The translations under genes were made by a program, and so were the position numbers. Shown here one piece after another: positions 1-11,219 of a stretch of DNA of 64,000 nt. Position 1 is the first letter of the stretch. Each line of letters begins with the position of its first letter. Source of the stretch: Felis catus (taxonomy: Eukaryota); contig NC_058383.1 of assembly GCF_018350175.1 (NCBI RefSeq), positions 8,620,001 through 8,684,000 on the forward strand, in the 5' to 3' direction. The notes beneath the pieces were generated by a model that saw only the letters and a list, made by a program, of their open reading frames with translations, had not been told where the DNA came from and did no database searches.

Positions 1-32
1 TTTGTGAGCCACCTTAATTCTAAAAACAATGA

Positions 33-187
33 GAGGTACCTGGGTGGCTCAGTCGGTTAAGCGTCCAACTCTTGGTTTTGGCTCAGGTCATGATCTCATG
101 GTCCGGCTCTGCGCTGACAGCATGGAACCTGCTTGGGATTCTGTCTCAAAATAAGTAAGTAATAAGTAAATAAGTAAACTTTAAAAA
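33..187 (+). mobile_element. CAN-SINE (SINEC), internally deleted
   Basis: tRNA-derived head cctgggtggctcagtcggttaagcgtccaactctt...gctcaggtcatgatctc, then gcctgcttgggattct-like segment and an A-rich (taagtaaa) tail; middle segment and (CT)n region are missing. Confidence 0.85.
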
Positions 188-1107
188 ATTTTTTTAAACT
201 GGAAAATACTAGTTCCTAAACAGTATTCACGATGGATATTATCGTTTGTCTGAAAGGCTTTGTAGAATCCCCCAAATGAGACCAGTCCTCTGAGAGTTTA
301 TCATGAAGAAGCGGAAAGCCAGAGAGGGCTGAGTCTTTGCCCACGGCCTCAACCCCACAAGAGGGGAGAGAAGGCTGGAGCCTCCTGGGATCTGAGGTCC
401 GAGTCTCCTGTCTGCCCTGTCCTTCCACGCGCCCTGCTGTGGTGTTTGGGTGGCGAGGGCCAGGTGCACAAAGCCCTGCTTGTTTGGCTACACATGCCCA
501 CCAGCAATTGCTCGTATTACAGAGTGGTTATTCTTATTTGTCAAGAAACCCAGAACAACTGTTTTTATTCTTCACAGTGGATGCTTATGCACATGACCTT
601 TTGAGAACATATTTCTGGATGCTGTAGAGGCACTGATGTTCATGCAGATCAGCTCGAGTTAAATCTTTTCTTTCTTTCAGTTGCAGTGGTCTCTGTGCCT
701 TTAAGAATTGCACTTTGTGGAGTTACTGTGTTTCTCATGCCGTTAAATGTTTATTAGACATCCTGTATAATTTAGTATATTATTTTCAGATGACAGAAGA
801 GCCCCTTGGCAGAGAGCGGTGTTAAAGTCTGATGTTAGTTAAGCCCTGTCATGGTTGGTGCTGTACAGGGCTGGGTGTCTGGTGCACGTGGGCAGGACGG
901 GGCAGAGGGGGGCATCGGACCGTCAGCTGCAAGCAGCCATGTAGCCTGTGTCACGTTGCCTGTCCTCCTAGGGGCAGCCGGCCTGGGTTTACACACTTGT
1001 GCGTAGTCTGTGAACCCAGATATTCACGAACAGAGGAAGCCCGTGCGTACGCCTTGCAAGGGCACGGATGTGCCGAGTGCAGTTCATGATGGCCACGAAC
1101 CAGCGAG

Positions 1108-1223
1108 GTTCATTTGCTCCTTCATGAAGTTCGTCTTTACCGCTTGTTAGGGAGAGCCGGGCACAATGCTAGGAGCTGGGGATTGTGACGGCCCCTGCCC
1201 TCACGGGACTTAGATTTTAGTGG
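1108..1223 (-). mobile_element. L2 LINE 3'-end relic
   Basis: cattt...gccgggcacaatgctaggagctgggga...cccctgccctcacgggacttagattttagtgg resembles the reverse complement of the L2 3' end. Confidence 0.55.
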
Positions 1224-1784
1224 TTCCAAAGGAAAACAACACTTGCTTTTGTGAGACCTTGGCGAAGCAAACGACCTTGAAATCTACCAAAGGAAGAGCT
1301 TTGGAGTGCTCGTTTGATAGTCTGCAGACAAAAAAAAATCACATCAGACCCTTTGTTGCAGACGTGAACATTTATTTTAAGGGCTCAAATTAAACCGGAG
1401 TAGATAAACGAGCAGGCGTAGTTTTTTGCTGATCGTTCACGGCTGATGCAATCCACAACTCCGTACGTTGCTGCTGGCAAATGGAATCGTGAGAATTTCA
1501 ACCCTGAGACATTCCAGACAGCCCAAGCCGTAAAACGTTGACGTAAAGGTGATTCTACTTTGTCCTCTGACTTCAAAGCTTCTAGAGAAGGCACCACGGG
1601 GGGCCTGTGGGGGAGATTGGCATATGAGAAGGTTCACAAAGTTTCATAAAAGTTAGATTTGAAGTTTCAGTGTGGTTTGATTTTCCATGGTGATAATTAA
1701 CGTGCTCTGTGTTTCCACAAGCCTCTTAGCTCTGTTTTCTTCAGAATGCTTAAGTTTACAAAGCAGAGAAGAGCATGGCGGTCT

Positions 1785-1820
1785 CTTCCACAGAGATGCC
1801 TTCCACAGAGATGCCTTCCA
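1785..1820. repeat. 15-bp tandem duplication (CTTCCACAGAGATGC x2.4)
   Basis: Exact copies at 1785-1799 and 1800-1814, partial copy at 1815-1820. Confidence 0.9.
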
Positions 1821-2829
1821 GAATGTGCGCGGTGGAGCCAGCTCGGGGTGGGGGTGGGGACAGCAGTCCAGTGGTTCAGGTGGCCCTTCGGAAGCTCAGT
1901 TTTAATGGCGGACTGTTGATTTCAAGTCTGGCCACCAAGAGGCGAGTCTCCCAGCCCTAGCCACAGCGACGCGCCTGCACGTCCTGGGGGTGCTGGCAGT
2001 GACCAGGGTGAAGTCATACCCGGCGTGCCAAGTGGCACGGCTGTGGCAGATCTGAGGCGCTGCCGCCAGGGAAGAGGGGGGGCAGGCTGGGGGGTGAGGA
2101 CAGGCACATAGGACACTGGCGAGATTCTGAGCCACACGCTGTGTGCGTCCTCCCTGACACCTGGGGGGTGGGGGCGCACATCACAGAAGCCAGCCAGTGC
2201 ATCAGCTGACCGATGCTCACCCTGCTGGCCTTCCTCTCTGGGCCGTCATCTCGGGGTGTCTCCAGAAGCTCAGACTTCGGATAAATTTGCTCTTCTCTTT
2301 TTAAGCCAACTAATCACTCACTTGCGGCTTTAACCTTTAATGCCGCATCAGTGTCAGTGCGTTGGAAGTCAGTCCTGTGGGCTTGGTTGCTCGGTGGCCC
2401 CACTTCCCTTCAGTTGGGCTGAGGCTAGCCTCATCCGTGCTTCCCCCCTGTGCAGAGCTGGCTTCTGTCCTCCTGTTCGCCCACCGAGCCTTGGCCTCGA
2501 CACCTCCTCTGGTGTCGCTGGGGGCGTCTTGAATTTGCCCCTCCCCTGTCTCTTCCCCTCCAGCCCTGCACCTCTGCCCCAGTTGCGGGCCGACCTCCCC
2601 TGCTCAGTCCATCTTACCCTGCACGGTGCGAGTTGTTGGTGCTCCCTGTGTGGAGCACTCGACCCATGACATCTGCGACCCTGTCCCACTCTCAGGGGGT
2701 GTTCCCTTAACTGGGCGATGGGCTGTTTGGGGGAAAAGTCAGCCATGTTGACTGCAGGAAATCTCCTGAGCAGCACAGAACTCCAAGGGGACAGACAATT
2801 CGTGCTTTAGGAAGCACCAGGAGAAGGGC

Positions 2830-3770
2830 CACTGGTACCGGAGCTGTTGGGAAAGGCTTCTGGGAGGAGGCACCGTCTGAAGTGGGAGGTGAAGGGTAGG
2901 ATCACGTGGCCAGCAGGGAAGGGGGCGGGGTCTTGGGAAGGGGCGCGCACAGGAGCAGGGCCAGTAAACTTGGGGATGCCGTGGCTGGATCGGAAAAGGA
3001 GTCAGGGAGCTTGGGGCCCAGCGGAAGAGTACCGGGCCTGGGGACCCAGGTGTGGTGATGGGGGGGCCAACCGACCATTGGAGACTTCGCGCAGGAGGGC
3101 GGCACGATGGCCGCAGTGATGGGTCAGGAAGACCTCCGGCTTTGGAGAGCTGAGTGGGTGGAGGGCCTGGAGCCTGGATCCAAGGTTAAGAGGGCCCGTG
3201 GCCTATGTCAGAGGTGAGAAAGAGTCGGAGGACATGGTACCTGTTTTTCGGGGGCAGGGGAGGGAGGAGACTAGGATGAGCCCAGGTGTGCCCTTGGGCA
3301 TGACTGGGCTGTGAATCAAGGTCTGGGTCAAAAACCCAGAGGGCCGGAGGGGTGGTCTCACAGACCTCTCGAGTCAGCAGAAGTGTTCAAGGCACCGGGC
3401 AGGGCTGTCCCCTCTGTGCCGAACTCCCCGTGTCCAGGACGGTGCCTGGCGCGTAGTAGGTGCTCCATAGATACAAGGACTGAAGGGGGCGGAGGGGAAG
3501 TCAGGACAGGCCCCAGGTCCTCAGGCCTGGTGGTGAGTGAATGAATTCCCGAGGGATGGAATTTAAAGGCAGGAGAGCCAAGGGCTGAGGGCAGGCGTGG
3601 GCAGCGCTGGGCACACTGGAGGCAGAGAACTCGGCAAAGGAGTCAGGAAGGGAATGACCAGGGGTGGGAGGAAAATGGCATGGCGCAAGGTCAGCCAAGG
3701 TCAGGAGGCTCCTGTGAGGGGGTGGCTACTGTGGGCACGTGGGCCAGAGGGCGTAGGATGAGAAACCTCG
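2830..3770. mobile_element. Fragmented L2 relics (minus-strand pieces plus a plus-strand 3' end at about 3390-3485)
   Basis: gggaaaggcttctgggaggagg...tgaagtgg (L2 minus-type) and caggacggtgcctggcgcgtagtaggtgctccatagata (typical L2/MIR 3' terminus). Confidence 0.5.
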
Positions 3771-4438
3771 CTCAGGTTTCTGCTGGCTTCCCCTGGCCGC
3801 CCCTAAATCTGAACACGCTGCCCCTGCAAGTGCTCCTTCCCCCATAGTCTCACTGCCCACAGAGGACAGTGGGAGGGAGGTGGACGACTTGGGGCCACCA
3901 CCCACTGGGCAGCCGGGCCTTTGTCCCCCTGTCTTGGGCCTACCCTCCCCGAACCCTCTCGAGCCCCTCCCGAGATGGCCTTCCTGGTGGAAGCCTGCGT
4001 CCCCCGTCCTCCTTCACCCTGGCGGGGGGCTGGAGCACCTTGCGGCCGTTCGATCCCTGTGTCCTCTCGGCCCCACAGGACACCTTTCGAGGTCACATAG
4101 CCCGGCGCGGCTGATGTCTCATTTTGGTAGGTGGGTTGTGTTGTTCATCGGCCTCCAGGTCCAGAGGGGGCGTCCAGGGGACGGAAAGAAACTGTTAATT
4201 CGGTCCAGGCTGGTTCTTCTCCGCCCTACCTAAACTCTTGTCTAAAAATTAATGGGTGAGAGAAGCTAGGGAATCTTGTCAGATTGTTTCTTGAGGAAAC
4301 CTCGGGAATATGAACAGCGGTACATACCTAACCTTAAGTGGCAGAGCTGGTTTAGCCAGATTTTTCCCCCCTCACGGTAAAGTTTTCATTTTTCCCGTTA
4401 CAGTTGTTCAGATAAAGCTGTGAGGGTAGAGGGTTTTG

Positions 4439-4439
<1 letters not shown>

Positions 4440-4494
<55 letters not shown>
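4440..4494. repeat. Pure poly-T tract (T55)
   Basis: 55 consecutive T counted directly. Confidence 0.95.
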
Positions 4495-4495
<1 letters not shown>

Positions 4496-5045
4496 AGTTG
4501 GTAATGAGTGCTTTCAGGATAGATGCTTGTGAAGTCTGTAAATAAGAATTAAAAAAAAATCCTTGCCTGGTCAGTGCCTTGCACCTATCAGTTCTACAGA
4601 TGTTCACATCGCTGGACTCATCTGTCTGCTTGGAGGGGCTGGGGCTCAGAGCCGGAGGTCCTGACGTCCCCCCTCTCTTGACATTTTCTTCTCGGAATCC
4701 CACAGTGCATCATAGTTGCACCTGCTGTCTGAGCCCCTCTCCTTGGTGGGTGTTAGTCTGCGATCCTAGCTTCCAGGGCTCGGGAGACGGTGGCGTTCAC
4801 CCTCCTGTGGTCTGACTGCCGGCACTGTGGGGCCACCTGGCTCATCGGAACACAGGCCCCCGCTCCCTGTGAATGGGTCCCCTAGTGAGGACCAGGAGGG
4901 GTTGTTTCCGGTGAGGGGATGGCTTTCAAAAGTAAGGCCCCTCCGCCCTTTCACACACCCATCAGAAGGGCAAGATTTGAAGTCTGAATATACCGAGGGC
5001 TCACGGTGTGACTTCCATCCGGTCGGTGGGCACGTGAACCGGAAT

Positions 5046-5109
5046 GACCACTTCTCAGTGAGGTGTAGAAGGCCTCAGAAGTAGAAGACCACTTCTCAGT
5101 GAGGTGTAG
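5046..5109. repeat. 23-bp perfect direct repeat with 18-bp spacer
   Basis: GACCACTTCTCAGTGAGGTGTAG at 5046-5068 and 5087-5109. Confidence 0.92.
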
Positions 5110-5484
5110 CGATGTCCTGGGGAGACGCTTACAAGAACGGTCATGGCGGCATCCCGGAGCAAACGGTTGGAAAGCACATCAGGGTCCCGGAGGCGGGTCG
5201 CCATCATCCAGGGCTGTTCTGGAGGACAGGCCACACGCGGCTGGACCTTGCAGACTCCGTGTGGAGCCCGGAAGGCCCGTGAAGGGCGTGCGCAGCGCCG
5301 TCCTATCTCTGTGTTAAACGTGCAAAACCGTACCTTATGTTGTCAGTGGGATCTTAAAGAGCTAGAAAACGTAGAGAGATTTCTTGAGAAGGGCCAGCGG
5401 CAAATTCTGGGAAGTGATTATTTTGGGGGAGGGAGGGAGAAAATGGGACTGAGGAGGGGTCTCCGAGTATATTTTATTCCTTTA

Positions 5485-5700
5485 TTTTTTGTTTTAATTT
5501 TTTTTTAACGTTTATTTATTTTTGAGACAGAGAGAGACAGAGCATGAATGGGGGAGGGTCAGAGAGAGGGAGACACAGAATCCGAAACAGGCTCTGAGCT
5601 GTCAGCACAGAGCCCGACGCGGGGCTCGAACTCACGGACCGCGAGATCGTGACCTGAGCCGAAGTCGGCCGCTTAACCGACTGAGCCACCCAGGAGCCCC
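5485..5700 (-). mobile_element. Young feline CAN-SINE (SINEC_Fc-like) with perfect 15-bp TSD
   Basis: Reverse-complement SINE (poly-T, gagagagacagag, tgacctgagccgaagtcgg...ctgagccacccagg) rich in intact CpGs; TSD TATTTTATTCCTTTA at 5470-5484 and 5701-5715. Confidence 0.96.
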
Positions 5701-5719
5701 TATTTTATTCCTTTAAAAA

Positions 5720-5790
5720 TAGCAAAGATGGCAGAATGTTAAAATTTGGTGAAGCTGAGTGGGGGGCACGCGGGGATTTGTGCTGTTCCG
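5720..5790 (+). mobile_element. Old L1M (L1MC/MD/ME-like) 3' UTR fragment
   Basis: atggcagaatgttaaaatttggtgaagctgagtgg...gatttgtgctgtt resembles old L1M 3' ends. Confidence 0.5.
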
Positions 5791-5800
5791 TGTGGTGGTG

Positions 5801-5999
5801 GGGGTGCCTGAGTGGCTCAGTCGATTGAGTGTCCAACTCCTGATTTCAGCTCAGGTCATGATCCCAGGGTCGTGGGATGGATTGATTGATTGATCCCAGG
5901 GTCGTTGGGAGCCTGCTTGGGATTCTCTCTCTCCCTCTGCCCCTCTCCCCTGCTCACTTCCTCCCCTCCCCACCTTTCTCTCTAAAATAAAAAAAAAAA
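5801..5999 (+). mobile_element. CAN-SINE with rearranged interior
   Basis: ggggtgcctgagtggctcag head, gcctgcttgggattctctctct (CT)-rich region and A tail; the middle is replaced by a duplicated segment (see findings). Confidence 0.9.
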
Positions 6000-8530
6000 G
6001 TTTTTTTTAAATAAAGCAATGTATGCTGTTTATGTATATATCTGTGTGAATGGTAACCTATTGTACTTACAGCGTAAACTTTTCAAGATTGTGGTGTTTT
6101 ATGTGCATACTCCTCATCTGCTCACTTGCAGAATATACTAAAATTATGGTGACTTTAATTGTTTCTGTTGAAGAATCTTTATGTTCTCTCATTTTACATG
6201 TTGGGAGTTAGGTGACACTTTTTAGGATTGCCTCCATTTTTAAAAGGCAACTTTAAGGTGTGTTTCCTCCTTGGATTATGCCTCTTGCCACTGTTTCTGT
6301 TCAATACTGGTGAATCTTCTGCAGAAAAATGAGGGCAGGCGAACTGCTAAGTGACGAGAACCCATAACGCCCGAATTTCCTTAGAATATTCGGGATGCCT
6401 CGGCAAAAGTAAACCATAAATTATATTTAGTATCGTCCAGGCCGTGCGCCTCTAATGGTTTCCTATTGTCCCTGAGATAGGAGTTGCTGCTCAGAATGTG
6501 ATTTCTGGCTTAATTGAATTAGGATTATTGCAGTCAGGATGGGAGTGAAATGGTACATTCCTTTCGTGCCCGTTGTGGGGGTGACATTAAAGCAGGCCGT
6601 TGATAGAATAATACCCTGTTACTTACTCAGTGTCTCTCTCTGAGGAAATAAGAGCTTACTCGGCCCCGTTCAATTAATCCTGACAACATCCTTAAAGGTG
6701 AAAGGAAGGCAGGTAGCATTATCTGCCTTTTACTTAAAAAGCAGCTGAAGCACGAGGAGTCTGAGCTCCCCGGGAGCCCTCGGACTCCTCTCGAGGTGCT
6801 AGCCAGGAGCCCGTGAACCTGACCGGCGGCAGAGAGGAACGAGGCACACGGAGGAGGAAGGAAGTAGCCATGATGTGGGCCGCCGCCGCGCAGGGCTGTG
6901 TTGGGAACTCGTGGGATTGTGATCCCTTTGGATCCCGAGTGCGGTTCGGGGAGGTGGGGGGCGGAGTCCTCCGGGGCCCTCACGGGGCCGTCCGGACCCG
7001 GCCCTGAGCCCCCGGCTGGTTAGCGACAGGCCCGCGCGCTGCCCTGTCCCCTATCCCCCCGCCCCCCCCGAGCCCGACCTCCGCTGCCAGGCCGTGCGTC
7101 CAGCCTGGCAGTGAAAGAGAAACCAGGGGGACCTGTGGTCGAAGGCGGAGGTTCAAGGTACCCGAAGCCAGACCGACAAACTTGGTTGAGGTCGATGTCA
7201 TGTGTAAGACCATTGAACTCACTTTTACCTAAATGAAAGCATTTGGGACCATTGAGTAGAGTTCCAGGGCATTTGAACTCCTGCTTCCTGACACTAGAAG
7301 GGGCCTGCCTACCCCAGAGCTTCCAGAATGCATGCATCGTGCATTCGTAGCCTCTGCCGCTGGACTTTATTGGGCCCCTTGAACGGGGCCCACCCGGTGC
7401 CAGGGGCTAGACTGTTTCCGTGCTTAACAGTTCTGGCCAGAAATGGTTAGGAAAAGGTCAAGAAGGGGAAATGAGGCTAACTGGGGCCTGTTGTCTTTGC
7501 TGCCGGGTCCCGGCGTCTTGCAGGGGGACTTAGCAACAGGGTCTCTCTGTTTTACCGGCAAGGAAAGGGGGGATATTGGAAAGGTGAACCTGTTCGGGGC
7601 AGTTTTTCATTAAGTAGTAAAGCTAGGTTCCAAACCCAGGCCACTTTGGTTACAAGTTCACACTCTCAGATCCAATAAACTGTGTGCCATGCCTTTGCTG
7701 GGGTGGCGATGGTTCTTCTCGTTTTAAAAAAAAATACCGCTAATCACTCAGAAACCAGGGTGAGGGCTTAGATTTCAGCCGCTTTGAATTAGACAGTGAT
7801 TTCTCTTATTATAAGCAGAGCCCTTTATTAACTGAAAACACTTGACTGTTAGACATGGTGTTTAATTGCCGCTAGAATGTATTTTTGTCACACTGCCCTA
7901 TAATAAAGCCAAAGAACTGTTTGTGCCAAACATGGAAGGGAAGGGAAGGGAGGATGAAAACCCTTCTGCTCCTCCAGCTCCCCATCTGAGCCCCTGGTGT
8001 TGTGTTTGCTCTTCTGGTTCTGGTTTCTGTTTACCACTTCTACTTCCTGGGGAAAGAACACCTGGCCTGAGGTCGGTCGGGGCCCGTGAGAGGGAGACCC
8101 TCCTCCTGCCTGGTGCTCGGGCACAACGTCTGTGCCCTGGCCGAGTGGCCTTCTCGTTCTGGCCTCCGAGGTTTCCTTCATTATTATGTGGGCCTTAGCA
8201 TTCTGCCCACGAGAGAGAGAGAAAAAGCAACTCTTTATGTGGCCTCTTTAATTTTTTCTTTGCAAAATGGAAATGACTCTGTCTCTCTGATTTTCAGAAG
8301 TGAGAAAGGCTAGTAAAAATGAAGCAAGTGCAAAATATAACACAAAGGAAGCAAAAGTCACCACTGGTCCTATTACTGTTCACATTTTGGCAAACGTCCT
8401 TCCAGAAACCTCGTTTATGTAAACATAAAGCTAGGTGAGTGGTATAACACTTTGGAAACTGTTGTGTAACTAGCTTTCCTGATCTTTCCCCAGCGGAGAG
8501 TTTCCTGTGATGTTAAGAATATCTCTCCGA

Positions 8531-8747
8531 GGGGTGCCTGCAGGGCTCAGTTGGTTAAGCCTCTGGCTCTTGATCTCGCCCAGTCACGAGCTCACACTTC
8601 GTGGGATCGAGCCTCTTGTCGGGCTCTGTGCCGAGAGCACAGAGCCTGCTTGAGATTCTCTCTCTCTGCTCTTCCCTGATAGCACTCTCTTGTTCTCTCT
8701 CTCTCAAAAAATAAGTAGATGTTTTTTAACAAAATGAAAAAAAAAAA
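8531..8747 (+). mobile_element. CAN-SINE (older subfamily)
   Basis: ggggtgcctg...gctcagttggttaagc head, CT-rich region, A tail; degenerate TSD aagaatatctctcc / aagattatttttcc. Confidence 0.9.
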
Positions 8748-8879
8748 GATTATTTTTCCATGTTAGTTGAAGGAAATTAGTATGCTGTTGGTTGAAGTTA
8801 CATTTAGTACAGTATGCCCCATATTGCGTTAAGTTGATCTTTTCTTTTTCTGCTTTTTAGTACTTTAGACATTTACTAT

Positions 8880-9920
8880 ATTTAGGCATCGGGATGAACA
8901 TCCTTCTACATCTATGTGTGTTTTTGATGATTGTTCCTGATGTCTGATTATTTCTTTAGGTTAAGTTCCTAAAAGCCATGCTGAGTGAGTAGTGTGAGTA
9001 TATTTTTAAGACTCTGGGTACCTATTCCCCGAACTTTCCAGAAAAGTTGGACCATTTCTATAGCAGCAGTTGCACTAAATTCCTTGTATTGCCTATTTCC
9101 AAGTAACAGTCCCATGGTTCCGAAACAAAAGGCTCCTGTCTGCCCTCCCTGCCCCTACTATTGCTGATTTCTTTGAGTATCCTTCCAGAATTTCTTTTTT
9201 TTTAAATTTTTTTTTTAATGTTCATTTATTTTTGACAGAGACAGAGACAGAATGCGAGTGGGTTAGGGGCAGAGAGAGAGGGAGACACAGAAGCAGAAGC
9301 AGGCTCCAGGCTCTGAGCTGTCGGCACAGAGCCTGACACGGGGCTCAAACTCACGAGCTGTGAGATCATGACCTGAGCCGAAGTCAGACGCTCAACCGAC
9401 TGAGCCACTCAAGTGCCCCCAGAATTTCTTTATATGCACAGAAGCAAATATGAATTTATGTCATTATCCTCTATGTACACAAAGTCTAGCATGCTATGCC
9501 CAGTCTTCTATACCTTGCTTTTTAATTAAAAAAAAAAAAAAAAAAAAAAATAACTGCTTCTTAGACTTTCCAAATGCGGCAGAAGCAAATTCGATCTCTG
9601 GCCCTTCCTCCATATCCCTCTCCCAAAGTGGCAGGATATTCCCTGCTATAGATGGCCGTATTCGATGCACCCAGGTCCCCATCGATAGATACTTGGGTTG
9701 CTTCCAGTCCTTGCTGTTCCGACAGCACCGCCTCGAACAGCTTTGTACACATGCCATTTGACACGGTTACACGTATGTCTGCAGGGTATGTTCCTGCAAG
9801 GCGAGTGGCGGGGTCCACGGACAGGGGCGTCTGTGAACGTGATGAGCGCTGCCGGCTTACCCCCACATGCCCATGTAGCTGTCCCCACCGTGGAGTCTGC
9901 CTTGAGTTCTGGTTCTTTCC
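8880..9920 (-). mobile_element. Old L1 (L1ME-like) fragments, interrupted by a SINE
   Basis: gatgaacatcctt...gattatttctttagg...aagttcctaaaag and gatagatacttgggttgcttccagt...gaacagctttgtacac match antisense old-L1 3' sequence; ORF 9494-9757(-) contains ORF2-like WKQPKYLSMGTW. Confidence 0.7.
9198..9419 (-). mobile_element. Feline CAN-SINE (SINEC_Fc-like) with TSD
   Basis: Full antisense SINE including ggctccaggctctgagctgtc; TSD CCAGAATTTCTTT at 9185-9197 and 9419-9431. Confidence 0.95.
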
Positions 9921-11057
9921 TGATCGTTCCAGTTGTGCAGATAGTATGCGCCTAAGGGATGCAGACGCCAAAGCAAAACAGACCACCTTCTCTTGCATGG
10001 GAGTGTGGAAGCGAGCACTGAAGCATGGAGTCAGAAGAGAGAGTAAAATCCGTTACTGTGGGCTACCACCCCCGCACGAGGGAGCGTCCTCCCTGTCTCT
10101 TCCCTCCCTCCCTCCCCCTCCCCTCCAACCTGAACCAGCACCACTTCCTCTTATGAACCTGGCCGTGGCTTTCGGTGCGTGCCATCTGAAAAGCAATGGG
10201 TCTTCTTAGGGACTGACCTCACAACCAGCAAGCAGCAGGTACTGGCGTCTTAGCGAGATGGTATTTGAAGCAAACGTTCTGGCAGTTTGAGGAATCGAGG
10301 CAACTAAGGGAGCACAGCGAAGGCTGGCAAGACGTAGGCGGGGCCGAAGGAACAAGAGTGGCAGCAACCTGTTAGCCAGCGGGCGGCCGGCCTGGCAGCG
10401 GCCCGGAGGCCCCGGGGGTGCCGCTCCAGCCTGGATGCGGCCGGGCTCCACGCGGTTCTGTCCGGAACAGTGTGGTTGCCTCATCACAGAAACAAACTGA
10501 TGCTTTTTAATACAATTAATTTTTTTACAACGCAGAGAGATGAACCAAGAGCTTGCAGGTTTTTAAATAGAAGAAACTGTTTTCTTCCAAGTCCCGTGAG
10601 GGTAGGAGGCCCGTCTGCGTTCTCTTCGGGCGTCCCGGCCCTGTCCTTTCCGTGTAAGTGGTGCAAATCTAGACCGTGTGTTGGGGCTTTTTCAAACTCT
10701 TATAAGGCACAGCTCCTCCACCCCCTCGGGGCCGACTTGTGCTGTTGAGCTGAGCCCAGGGAGAGGGCGTGGGGCTGCTCATGGGAATGCAGGGCACCGC
10801 CTGGCAGCTTTGGGGGACCTTGACGCCCTCCCTGTCCCTCTTGTGTCCCTTCCTGATGGCTTTTATGTAAAAATGTTTCTAAGTCATCCACCCTGTGCAG
10901 GGACACTGAAAACGGGGTGGGTCCCTCCCTCCCTTTCCCCCATTTTATATCTAGTTTCTGGCCCTTTAAAATACCATAGCTTTCTGCTTTATTCTTCTAG
11001 ATAAGTACATTCTAACCATTGGAATGTCAGAGTTCCTTTCTCAGGGGCTGTTAGCTT

Positions 11058-11219
11058 CTTCCTGGATGAGGCTGGGCTTACCTGATGAGGCTGTTCTTTC
11101 CTGATGAAGGTGGTCTTACATGGATGAGGCCGGCCTTACCTGGATGAAACTGGTTTTACCCGATGGTGGTCTTATTGGATGTGGCTGCTCTTACCTGGAT
11201 GGAACCGGTCTTACCATGG
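11058..11219. repeat. Degenerate minisatellite, about 8.5 copies of a 19-20-bp unit (consensus CTTACCTGGATGAGGCTGGT)
   Basis: Units start at about 11058, 11077, 11096, 11115, 11135, 11155, 11171, 11190 and 11210. Confidence 0.9.

Noticed and set aside
7326..7392. Two short hairpins (gaatgca/tgcattc and tgggcccc/ggggccca)
   Set aside because: Stems of 7-8 bp are too short to support an ncRNA or miRNA call.
11058..11219. Repeat array as CRISPR-like or as a U1 snRNA pseudogene
   Set aside because: Units are contiguous and degenerate with no unique spacers, the context is mammalian, and U1 similarity is limited to 8-9 nt.
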